Part shown: positions 39,395 to 51,538 of the stretch, piece after piece
How positions within the stretch are numbered: the stretch's first letter is position 1
Layout: the number at the start of each line of letters is the position of its first letter
From: Flaccisagitta enflata
Lineage: Eukaryota
Length of the DNA stretch: 64,000 bases
Reading direction: 5' to 3'
NCBI GenBank assembly: GCA_965153355.1
Contig: OZ231126.1
Coordinates: 2,170,001 to 2,234,000, forward strand
The notes under the pieces: generated by a model
Told to the model about the DNA's origin: nothing
Databases searched by the model: none
What the model saw: the letters and a program-made list of their open reading frames with translations, nothing else
Position numbers and translations under genes: made by a program

Positions 39395-41578
39395 GGACGG
39401 ATGGACAAAGCCTCTTATATAGTTGCATGTCCGCAACTAAAAAGAAATGGAAGAAAGAAAACAGGTGTAGATTTCTGAGCACAGCACTCGTCATACGATA
39501 ACAAATCGCATACAGTTCACTCATCCATGTTTGATGCTTAATACAGTGGAACCCCGCAATAACAGACCCGCCTTTAATGGTTCCCCATTAACATTATCTA
39601 GTAAATAAAGATATGGACACCTAACCATGATTATAGCACTTAAACATCAATATCTATTAAAACAATAAAAGCAGATCAACAAACAGTGACAGAATCTTCC
39701 ATTCAAGACCAAGCAGAGCACAGTAGCTCAATCCATTTTCAAATAACAGCGTTTTGAAGAAAAACTGTCATTTACCAAAATCTTTTTGGGTAAAATCTTT
39801 TAAGGACAACCTACAGTGAAAGAGTTATCTAATCTGAACAGATTGAGCAAAATCATTCCGCTTGGTCTTGATAGATCACATTTTTGACAGATTATTTGAT
39901 TGTTGAAAAAAATCAACGACTGCAGTCAAATATAACACTATGAAATCATCTGATTTTAAAAGGAAACAAAACTGGTTTGATCATTTTTTTGTTCTATTTT
40001 GAAAAGCAGAGGATACACTGATTCAGGTTGAAAAATCATAGATCAATCCTATGGAAAGTCAAAACAAAAGTACTTGATAGATCAAAATACCATATAATGA
40101 CTAAAAATTGATTCATTTAGTCATTTACTTCATTCAGTGAGTGAAAAGGCTAACTTTTCTTCAACTGTCCGTATATTTTTTCCCAAGATAGTAAAAGTCA
40201 ACATTTTGAGGTCCCTAATGTGATTTCACCTCCCTTTAAAGGTGAAAATGAGATAAAGGTGAAAAATCTTCAGTCCCAATGAGACCAATGAGGCGGGGTG
40301 ATACTGTAAATCATTTATTACGAAACATTTGTTCTTTCACTTGGTTATTAGTCATCTGGCCTTTCTAATCTTTGCTTGATTTACGGGGTAATTTTATAGA
40401 GCGCTAGTCTATAGTTTTTAGATGCGTCCGTCAGGAACGCATCTCTATAAGAGGGTCTGTCCGTCTGTTGCTTGGTCCGTCCGTCGGTCCATCGGTCCGT
40501 CTGTTACACCTGTGCAAAAATCGCGTTTTTTGGCTGTTTTTGGCCACTGTGAGATCCTACACTGAAACAAATGATCAACCAACATGTTTTGAGGGCCTCC
40601 TTTACTATTCAATTAGATTTTCTTTTCAATTGTCTAGCTGCTCCAGAAGCTGAGATATCTAAAGTTGAAGGTACCCCCAAAATATTGCATTTTATATGTT
40701 GTTAATAGAAGAAGCATGAAAAGGTAAAAGGCCAAAAGTAGAAGTCAAATATAAGAATTAAAGAAGACACATCTCCATCTATTCATGACATAGTAATTAC
40801 TGGACTGTGGACCAGTCAGAAATACACTGTTCAATGCCAGTGTAGTTTCTGGTAGGCTTATAGCTACCATCACCTTTATTACTAAATTTCGCAAACAGAG
40901 GCGATAAAAGTGGTGAAGAAGAAGACTGCAGAAAATGAGAAGGCATCAAATGATGAAAAATGAAAATGAAGTGTAACGGAAAGGTGTACATGGAAGAAGA
41001 TAGAGCCAAAGCCCCGACCCTCCACAATGGAAAGGACAAAACAATCTCAGTCACCATAAAATATGGTTACTGAGAGAGAAAAAGAGAGAGATTAACAGTG
41101 GAGAGTCTCAGTCACCACAAAGAATTTCCTTTTTTGATTCTTTTGAACAATTTTCAAAATGACCATTTACCTCTTTTGCTTGCCATTTCTTAATGCTTTG
41201 AGCTACAAATGTCAGATTGCTTTCATTTTGTAAAATAAATTTGTTTTTTAATCGTTTATCTGTCTCAGAAGCCAAGATATCATTGTTAGAGGGTGTCTCT
41301 AAACTTTTTTTCTAGGTAGTGTATACCTAATTTTGAACCATATGCTTTCGATAGAGAACTTCCTATGAGTATGACTACGTTTTTGACAGTGGGCTAGTAT
41401 GAATACGGGTTTTATAAGGTTCAACGAGGAATTTGCCACAACAATCGTCGAATTATGCTAAACTACAATTGATGAGCAATTTCTCTAATGTTTTAAATCA
41501 ATATAGTCCATGAAGTCATAATCACGATATATAGTCCATGAAGTTATATAATCACGATAATAAAATCCCCAACCCCCA

Positions 41579-41854
41579 TCATTGGGTGAGAGGGTGCGTT
41601 CCATGCTCAGCCGTGAACAAGTTTGTGGAAAGTGATTCAAACAAACTCAAAAATCGTCCGTCTTTTGTTCCCGAATATTTGTCATTTGTCGAGTTGGTGC
41701 TTTCAGATTTGTCTCCATCTATCGGGGGCAACACCACAACTTCGCTGCCGTATTTCCGACGAGGCGGCTGATGATGAGGAGGAGGAGCAGGAGGAGCTTT
41801 GTTCAATTCGTTTCTTGATTTGTTCACTTGTTTTTCTTCATCTGATGATTGAGG
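41579..41854 (-). pseudogene. Terminal-exon-like ORF of an unidentified gene (PQSSDEEKQVNKSRNELNKAPPAPPPHHQPPRRKYGSEVVVLPP...HPLTQ*)
   Basis: ctgcAG| acceptor at 41855, open non-repetitive frame; upstream G|GTGAGT donor at 42066 ends a stop-containing segment. Confidence 0.35.
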
Positions 41855-42403
41855 CTGCAGTGGAATGCGTAAGGGAAGGAGGGAATAAGTATAAAATTAC
41901 GACTTCATTAAGACAAAGATCTTCATTCTTCATTCATACATTCATTCTTCATTACTTAAAACTTACCCCATTTGCCCTATACCCTATACCCTATACACTA
42001 TTGCTGGGGTGTGTCAATATGTAAATCCCTGAGAACATAACGCTAGGACATCCTGGGTTTACTCACCGTTTCTCTTTTTTCAAATTTCTGTCATCTTCCG
42101 TTTTTTTTTCAAAAACCCTGTTTTGCCTCTAATTTGCATAACGTTGTAATTATCTAATCAACTTTTCATCCTTCGCTTTGTTATGGTGGGTGTTCCAATT
42201 ACTTTTAAATGCTGCTATCCTCTTGCAAGCGTCAACGAAAAGTGTCTCCGTGAAGCATATCAAATTCAATGAAACAGTAAGATGGTCTTTTTTAGTTTAT
42301 TAATTTTGTTTCTTGGCGAACGAGAGTGCAGACATTGCATTAGATTTCGATCGCGGAAAAAAAGACAGTTGCCGATGGATTTTGGAGAAAGAAAAACGGC
42401 GAT

Positions 42404-45400
42404 TGTTAGAAATGTATGTCCGTCCGTCCTTAGGTATGTGTGCTTTTGTCTCTTTTGCGTGCTTTTGGCTTTTTCTCTTCTTCGATTATTCAATGCCGCG
42501 TCTTTTGTTTCTCGCCATTTTTTATATTGAACGCTAGATGGGTAACCATATGGTTGCGCCTTGTATTTTGTGCCATTTGTTTTTATTACGTAGGCGAACA
42601 TACGTATCTCGTCTTTCGTATCATCCAATTTTTGGATTGATTGATTTTATTTATTTGCGGCATTGCTTCTTAAAGTGATTGATTGATTTTTCGTGATCGT
42701 TTGAATGCGCCCTTGGAATTCACTAATTTCAATAATCTCTCATCTTTTTATTGCAGATAAACTAATGAACGGACAATTAACGTTAATTTGACTTCGACAG
42801 ACTGTGGGTTGAAACCAACGAAAGTGGGCCTAAAAGTAAGTTTTATAGACGCGTGTTTGCTTTTATTATCGTTGTTTTTATTTTGTCCTCCGGTCTGTTA
42901 TTTTGTCTTTTGCCCTTTTGCATTTTTATCGCCGGATTTTAGTATGGTTTTTATCGCTTGCCCGATCAGCTTGCTATAGGGATGATATGGATGAATTTAA
43001 TGGGATGGGCCGGGGCAGGGGCAGGTATTATCAGGTGGCATGGGCTCTGAAGAAGATGAACATGTTGTCATGTGCTGTTTCTGTCCTTTATTGTGTCCTA
43101 TCTTAGATTTCATGTTATCTTTTGCGTTTGCTGTCACAATTAATGCCCACTTTTCCTTTCATTTTTCCCCCTCTCTTCAGTTGTTGAACTTTTTATGGAA
43201 TAAGCGAGACGATCGCCTTCTATTTTCCAATCGGCCAACTTTCTTTCACCACAAGTCGTCAGTCAGATAGACGCTCATAGGCAGTGCCAGTTGAGACTCG
43301 TGGGCGTAACTTATATTTCAACAATTTAAAAGCGACTCGATTCTTTTCATCTTCGACCTCCGCAGCGAAATTGGACAATGGCAGCCGCGGTAACGACGAC
43401 ACCGTCTCGACTGCTTCAGCGTCATCTGTGTATCTCACTTCGGTTTGAATCAGTGTCCGAGGTAAAAATCGTTTGCGCGCAATGAGGAACGACATCACTG
43501 CGGAAATGGAAGGATGCGGCGCCTTTTCGGCGCCGTTTCTACTGCACCGAAGGAACGAACGACTTTGACGACGCCGCCTGTGAATCGGATGGCGCTGTCA
43601 GGCCTTAGGGTAGTCTCTGACATTATCGTATGCAAGACAAATGGCGCTCGACTCGATGCCCGCGACCCTCTTCGTCGCGAGCGTCTTTGCTGCGTCGAAT
43701 CCGGCGCGAGTGGGACTCCATGCGTTTCTTTGATACGTAGAAAACTATCCAGGGGTTTTCCGTCCAGCACCGACATCGTGAGCAGATGCATAATGACATT
43801 GGGAATGCAAAAGACCCGTCAGCAATTCTCATGGAACAGTCTCCCAGCAACACCCACGCCGCCCGTGACAATGTTACCGGCGCTCGGACTCCAAGGATGC
43901 GAACGTCTTCGCCAAACCCCGACGGATCAGTATCTACCACTTCCGTCCCAGCGACATGATAACAATCTCAACTGGCGGCCAATTTTAAATCTGCCGCCCG
44001 ATCCAAGAAAGGAATGCCGTCCAATCAGCCAGGTATCGGATTTGGTCTCGAAAAGTGAACCTGCGCGTGCGTCTCCGATGGAGCAAGCTGACGACATGCT
44101 TGCGGATCTCGGCGACGCGGCGCTCTTGCAAAAGGCGTGGGATCATCAACGGATTGGCGCCGCAGGAGAGGGCGAGCGGCGGCCGTCAACAGGAGTGCTG
44201 AAGAGACAGATGGGGCAGGCAGTTGGAGGAGAAATGCGACAAGGCCGTCGGCTGATTGGCGATATGCAGCAGCAACAGCGGGAGGAGGAGCAGCGACAGC
44301 AGCAGGAGCAACAGCGGCAGCATCAGTTGCAGATGCAGCAGCTCAACAGCAGCGTCCCAGCTCCACGAGCAGGAGCAGCGCTCAGCAGCGGCGGCTCAGC
44401 GGCAGCGGCAAAGAGCTGTTGCGGCAGCAACGGTTGCAGCAACTCCAGCAATTTTGTCAGCAGAATCACCGGCGGCCTGGCTCAACAACAGCAGCAACGA
44501 CAACAGCAGCAACGACAACAGCAGCAACAACAAGAGCTGCGACAAGCGGCAATGCGCCTTGCGAACAACAACAACAGCGGCAAAAAGCGATGCCAGGGAA
44601 ATGCGCGCAGCAGCGGCGGCAGCAGCAACCTTCATGGCGCAATCCCAGCGGTGGTAGTGGATCCTCCAGCTTCAAACAACCATCTTGTCGAAAGCATGAG
44701 CGTCAGTGAGGAGACAGAAGAAGAGACAGCAACGCCTTGCAGATCAACGTCTGCGCGCGATGGCTGAAGGTGAAGGTGGTGGGGTAGCAACAGCTCCAAA
44801 AGCGCCGATCGCGGTGCCATTGGGATTCCAACAGCGAAGCTCATCACAAGAAGACAAAGAGTTATATAACAGAATGTGTAACTTTCGCCAGCAGCAGCAA
44901 CGAGATGAAGATAGAAGAGCAGGAGTATTCAGCAATGCGGCAGAAATGCAACGAAAGCACTGGAATAGCCTGAACGGCGGCGGCATTGGTGGAGCTTTAG
45001 AGCAGCGGGATGTGAAGCTTAGACAACTGTCTGAGCTGGACCAGCGGCAGCCGCAGCATCCGCCAAAAGACCGTCGATCTATCTTCAAATTTCAATCCGG
45101 GATTGTTCAGTGAACATACAACAGCGTCATGTGCGGTCAGTGGAAACGTCCGTCAAGCAGCCGATGCTGCAACGGCGCCGGTTGGAGCGGCGGCAGCGGC
45201 AAGGACAGCGCCAGCGTCAACTGCAGCAGCAGAATGAACAGCAACAGCGTCCTGACCAGCAACAGCAGCTTCAACATCAACAGTGGCAGCAGCAACGGCT
45301 TCAACAACAGCAACAGCATCAGGATCAGCATCATCAAACCCCAGCAGCAACGATTCTCCCTACCGCACCGGAAGTGATCTTCGAGAAGCAGATTGGTTCT

Positions 45401-48400
45401 GCTAGAAGGGAGACTGGTCTTCCCCATCAAGAGAAAAAGTCTTCCTTTGGCAGGCAGGTGATGCAGCGAGGAGCAATGCGCAGGAGGCAGAAGCAGGGCC
45501 GCTGTGAAAGTTGGCGGCAGCTGCAAGATAAAGAAAGAAGAAAAGTCGCTCAAGAGACTAACATAGTGGTTGCAGCCAAGGCGCGAAAATAAGCGCCTCT
45601 AGCAACGCCTCAAGCGGAAGTCATCCAGCAGAATCAACGTTTGCAGCAAGAAGTGGATAGTTTGAAGATGCAGATTCAGCAGAGAGACTTTGACCTTGCC
45701 GCAGCGAGAGCAGAAGAGAGACAACGAAAAGAAGAACAACAACAGCGACAGTACGTCCGCCAAGATTTTGATGCTCCCAGATTCCATCAAGATGATCGTC
45801 AACAACAAGTGAATCAGCAAGAGGAAGTTGGGTGGAGTGTAAAAACCACCAAGAAGAGATCTCCGGTAAAAGTCGGGGGTCAATACGCCTTCATCCAACA
45901 ACCCCCAGCGTATCATCAAGTGGAGCATCATCAAGTTAGCCGTCAACTTGAAGTCCATGTTCCAGATACGCAATCAGCCTGGACAGGTTTTTGGAAAGAA
46001 ATGACGTGCAATGATCTCATGCGAGCAGAGAAATTCGGCCTCCAAGCGGTGGGAAAACAAGACACGAAGCCTCTGCAGGAAGCTTTCATCCACACGACTT
46101 TTATGATATTATTGAAGAGAAGTTCAAAAGAATGCTGAGAAAGCATGAGGCTTGGCGCAAATGGACATCTTATTGGAATTGCCTAAGTAGTTTTGCTTTG
46201 GTCCGGCAAAAGAGATCATAGAAACTGCGGCTTGATTGATGCAACTGAAGCGACAGCAAGAGGAAATTGGCAGCGTATACTTAAAAATGGACGTCGTCTT
46301 CATGGCGAGGCGCTGCAACATTGCAGCGCTGTTCAACGAAGAAATAATCGCGGAGGCGAAAATCCAGTCGGCTGACCATGCAAGGCATTTCAATTTGTCT
46401 GCAAGGTTGCAAACAGCAAAGAAGAGTGCGAGGACCTGTGGAGAAGTCCAACAATGCCATCGTGACGAGCTGCTGCAGGAGATCCTCAACAAGAGGGTCC
46501 CTCATCTTGCTGATAAATTCTGGGAAAAGCAACTATGAAGCAGCCCAAAATGAATAATTATTTTCATTAAACAACTTGGTCAATATATTAAGTTTGTGGG
46601 CGGTATTCAAGCGCCTTAAAGCGCAAAACTGTAAAGCAACATCAGTGGCAGCAGTCGCAGCTACCAGAAAAGAAGCGCCATCATCATATGAAGATGCTTT
46701 GACCAAGGGCAAGCAAAAGTACGCAGTCGACGGACCGCTGCAACGTCTGCAGTGGAATGCATCAGACAGAAGAATGTCATCAACTGTTAGAGTTGGAAGT
46801 TGACGCGAGAGTCCAAAAGATCATGTCTCGTCGTCTTTGCTTCCACTGTCTCGCGCCAGAACACGGCAAAAGGATCTTGTGAACAGACCAAACTGCCAAA
46901 CCTGCAAAAAGCGGCATAACGATTCTCCTGGGCGCATAAGAAAAGAAAAGAAAAGGAAAAGAAAATAAGCAGGGAAATAAAATGCCGTTAACTCACTTCA
47001 AAAAGTCAGAGGATGCGGCTGCAGCCTTTCCAACAGCTCCGTCGACGAGCGGAGCAGCCATCTCTGGTGATCTCTTCTAACGTCACGTGGCATGACTGCT
47101 TGGCGCAGCACGTCGCAGTCCGTCTCTTCATTCGACGACGTTGTCAAGTCGATTGTTCAGTGACTATCATAAGCTCAATTCTTCGGGTGCGCAGAGGGCG
47201 ATTTACGCTATGATCGACTCAGGCGCTGATAGCAACGTGATCAGTACCAATGTCATTAGCAGTCTTCTGATTCCAACAAGCACATTGCAAATGACGGTGA
47301 TTACTGTGGGAAGTCATGTTGTTGAGACGTTTCATACGCATCATTACTATGCAATAAATTTAAACGAATATTGCGTCGACATCGCGACGCATTGGTGGGT
47401 GATTTGTTAACGAGTGAACACGACATTCCTCTCGCGACCTATCTGACCAACCTCGCCAGAAGGCATTAAATTTCCGAAGCTGAGGCGGTGTGATGATGAT
47501 CATCGGCGGGCGCTGTGCGGATACGCCAATAAACTCAAGAAATACGTAAAGGCCTTCCAGGATCTTTGTTTGACTTGTGAATGTCATTGGGATTTGGACT
47601 GTGTGGCCAGAGCAGGGCAGGGGAATGGGTGATATTGCGTCGATCAACGCTATCGCGACGGATGACCTTGTCCTCCACTTGATAATATCGATACATCCTC
47701 TGACAATGCGTCCTCAACAGCAACATTGACCGCATCTTCTGCCATGACTTTGCATCATCAATGGTCTGCCAAGAGAGATGGGTGATTCTTGAAAATGTCA
47801 GGCGTGCCAAAGCGTTAGAGGAAAAGACATATTTTTGCCCAATTGTGAAAAGGCCCTTTGCTCCCGTCATGGAAATTCTGCGAGAAAATCATGGAGATTC
47901 TGAGAAGAGTGAAATCACGACCAACTGCGATGAAGCGACTCGGTAATCAACGTTTTTTCGCTTCAAAGCGTGATCCGGCAACCGAAAAGAGTGTTGTGAA
48001 ATCGAAGATTTTACGAGGCAGATGTGAATTGGGTGATGCGTCGGCGGCAGCGGCAGCGAAACCGCTGGTGCCCGCTTCATATTGTTGACTGCGCGAGCTT
48101 GCGTATGTCACGATGCGCATGTGGCCAGCAGGATCTCACTGTGATTTGCTCGTCGGTCAGGTGATGAATAGCTTAATGGACATCCTCATGGGTGCGTCAG
48201 TGGAAAGTAAGCAGCATGTGTGCTTTTAAAAGCGTTCTTCACCAGATCCCCGCGTCCATCCTGGCGACGCTGATCTGTTCAGATTCTTTTGGTTCAAAGA
48301 CCGTACTCTACGAGAAGCCATTTTGAATCTGTTCATGTCACATGTCTTCGGTAGCCAATCAAGCTCATTCGTCACGTCTTTCCCCGTCAGAAAGCATGCT

Positions 48401-51027
48401 GAAGTAATCCGGCCTAAAATATCTACAACGTCCCGGTCTTATTCGCTATGGTTTTTTATCGGCAGCCGGAAGTAGAGGAGTGAGGTCGGTGGCAGCACTG
48501 CAACTAAGAGTAGATTCAGTGTGATAACTGAAAAGTAAGGGATGATCTTGTGAAGTGAAGCAATGCGCTGAGTGATGATTGGAGTCAAGTGTAATCCACA
48601 TTCAGATAAGGCAGATGATAGCCGGCGAAGGTGTTGGGGCGTCTCATAGCTCCGGCGGAGAAGAACGTCTTTATTTCATCTCGACGAAGAATTCCAAAAC
48701 TCTTGAAACAAAAACACCTCAAATCCAATTGGTCTCTATACAGCGAAACTTTATGATCCATTGGGTTTTTGGAGCCCAAGAAGCTAACATACATCGGTGA
48801 CGTCATCTTCAACTCTGTCGTCCACAGGAAGTGGGATGGGATGCCTTGGAAAGAGAGCGTCGAGGAATCTTTCTTTCGCTATACTTCATCTTGGCCTCTT
48901 CTACAACAATATCGAATTGAACGCTGGTGGAATGGCGGAAAAGAGCGGCCGACAATAGCGACATTGCAGAGTGTCCAGTTATTTTTGCGATGCAGCTCTG
49001 GCGGATATGGAGCAGTTGCATATCGACGTCTGAAATCAGCCGAAGATGAAGATGTTCACATTCATTCATGCCTCCAAATATATCCCACTCAATCCAAAAC
49101 GTGCTTCTCATCACAACAGCGTTCCACGTGTCGAGATTGTATCCATAGAAAAAGCAGTGCAGCTCCAGCGCTTAGTCGGAAGGACCATCGACATGGACCA
49201 TCTCGTCGTCAGATACTGGTCTGATTCTGAATCTGCACTGAAGATGATTTTCAATCCGGCAAAACCAAGGCCTGTATTGTTCGTTAATCGTCTCTCCAAG
49301 ATCCATAGTGGGTCTGATCCTCAACAGTAGCGCTGGGTTGACTCGTCAAGCTGCTTGACGGACCACTGTAGTAAGCATCCAGGCAGCAAGCGAAAAAATG
49401 GCGTGTAATTCCATCACGGCCCTGCATTTTGCGTCTTCGAATCAATGGCCAAAGAGCGAACTTGTCGCGGCGTGCCCTATTTCTGCAGGTCCGCCTTCGC
49501 TCTGTATGCGGCTGAAGTGAAAAAGAAACAAGTGGCTGTGCCTATACCTTCAACCGCTTCTGAGAAAATGGATGCAGGGAGTGCGGATTATCGGCATGGT
49601 TCTCATCGCAGTCAAAGGTAGGCGTATCCAAGGGCGAAGACCCGAGCAACAAAAGATCTCCTTCCTAAGCCGGAAGTAACGCAAGGCGTCGTGGAGGCCG
49701 CGCGCAAACAGCTCGTCAAGTCACCCCAGCGGCAACATTAGTCTGACGTCTTCGAACAATTGGAAGTGGGAAAAGTCTTCAAGCCAGAAAGCAATCGTGA
49801 CTTTATCATAAAGAGGTGGGAGATGCGGAAGCTGAACCCTTTAATCGACGACGGCGGCATCATACGCGTCGGCAGTCGATTGGAGAATGCCAACATCTCT
49901 CACGACGCTAAATTTCCCTTCATCCTGCCGCCAAAAGACGAAAATGTGAAATCGGTAGCTCGCCATTATCATCATAGCGATTTTCACGCGGGTGCAAAGC
50001 ATACATTGTGTCAATTACGCCAATTTGTGTGGATTACAAAAAGTCTTCAGGACGTCAAGAGCGTCGTCAACACGTGCTTTAGATGCCAGAAAAGAAGACT
50101 TTAAAAAAAAGAAGCATAGTGTAAGTAACCATCTATCAACAATCAATCCGGCGCCTGTCTTTGGGAGGGCTGGATTGGGCGTCATGGGGCATTTCATGGT
50201 AAAAATGAACGGGCGTGCTGATCACAAGGTGTGGATGGCAGTGTTGACCTGTTTTGTGTCTTGCCCCGTCCATGTGGGGTTGCTCTTCAACATGTCAGCG
50301 ATGCGATAGTGCAATGCAATCATCCGCTTTGCAGCAAGGCGCCCAGAATCCCGCCGTTTCACATCCAGATTGTGGAGGCAGATCTGATACGGCGTAACAG
50401 CATCCTCAGAAATAGAGCCGGAACCGCTCGTCAACTCCCGGGTAGCGGGCGCGGCCCGGTGGGATTTTATCACGCAGGGGCACTGTGGAGAGGTGTGGAG
50501 AAATAAATCAGCCTCTCTTTAGCGCCATCTTTATCCCATCTCCAGCAGTGCCATCCTCCCACGTCAGCGCCTTCCAACACTGCCGTCGTCGAGATTGAAG
50601 AATTCTCACTCGCCGTCCTCTAACAGCGCTCAGCGATGATCCCAATGACTCTGAGGCCTTACACAGTCATATCCTCAATCCATCAACATCCGGCCATGCC
50701 CTCTGGATCTGTGTGCAGCAAGGCGTCAATTACTGTGCGACTCATGAATTCAATGAGGCGTGCGCAATCGCGTGTGGATGATTTGTCAAACAGGTGAATA
50801 TTTGTCAACTTTCTTCACGCGCGAAGTAAATGGTCGAGATCCGAGAGAGACTTTAAGATTGATGATATGGTCATCGTCATGGACGCAACGCTACCTCGTC
50901 ACAATTGGAGCTTAGGGCGTGTCGCGGGCGTCGAGGGTTAGTCAGCCCATATCTGGAGGGCTCACATCCGGCGATAAGATGGAAAGATCGTGACGAAAGA
51001 CCACTTGAAGCACATGCGGCTGGAATT
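42404..51027 (+). mobile_element. BEL/Pao retrotransposon, degenerate copy 1 (gag-PR-RT-RH-IN-DUF5641-like C terminus)
   Basis: Gag ATG 43378; CCHC knuckles ~46840; IYAMIDSGAD ~47200; YWSDSESAL ~49215; HHSDFHAG...CFRC ~49970; KW...DDMVIVMDATLPRHNWSLGRV ~50830. Many frameshifts. Confidence 0.92.
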
Positions 51028-51538
51028 GGACTCATAAAAAACGCTAAGTTTTGAGAGAGAGAGAGAAAAAGGCGCATGGGCTGTCCATTAGTAACCATAG
51101 ATATGAGTGGTCAAATACTCTATAAACATTATGTTACAAAGAGTTGTTATTATTCATATTTGGTTCCCAATTATCAGTCTTTCATCTTTACTCTTCAATT
51201 ATCATTGTCATTCCACTTCGCATCAAAACCTTCAATTCATTCGCTCTGTCTATATGTACATGATACTAACCAAATCGTTCTTACCTTTATCAGTTTCTTT
51301 CCAATACGAACATTTAAAGCTTCACTTCAATGACGTCATTCCCGTCTCTGGGAGTCAGTTCGCATCTTGAAGTAAGCTGGTCGAAATCGAATGTCCCGTC
51401 AACTTTTTGCGTCTGGCAAAAGCGGCGATAACGGCACGTCATACGGATCGCCAGATCTTCATCAAAACTCTTCAGCGGCTCGACTGCGAGAGATCTACAT
51501 CGGCGTGGGTCCGGGCGGAGGAAGGCTGTCCTCCCCCG

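Noticed and set aside
51082-51312. Possible 3' LTR (TGT...ACA after a purine tract)
   Set aside because: No matching copy upstream of either gag, so it cannot be supported as an LTR.
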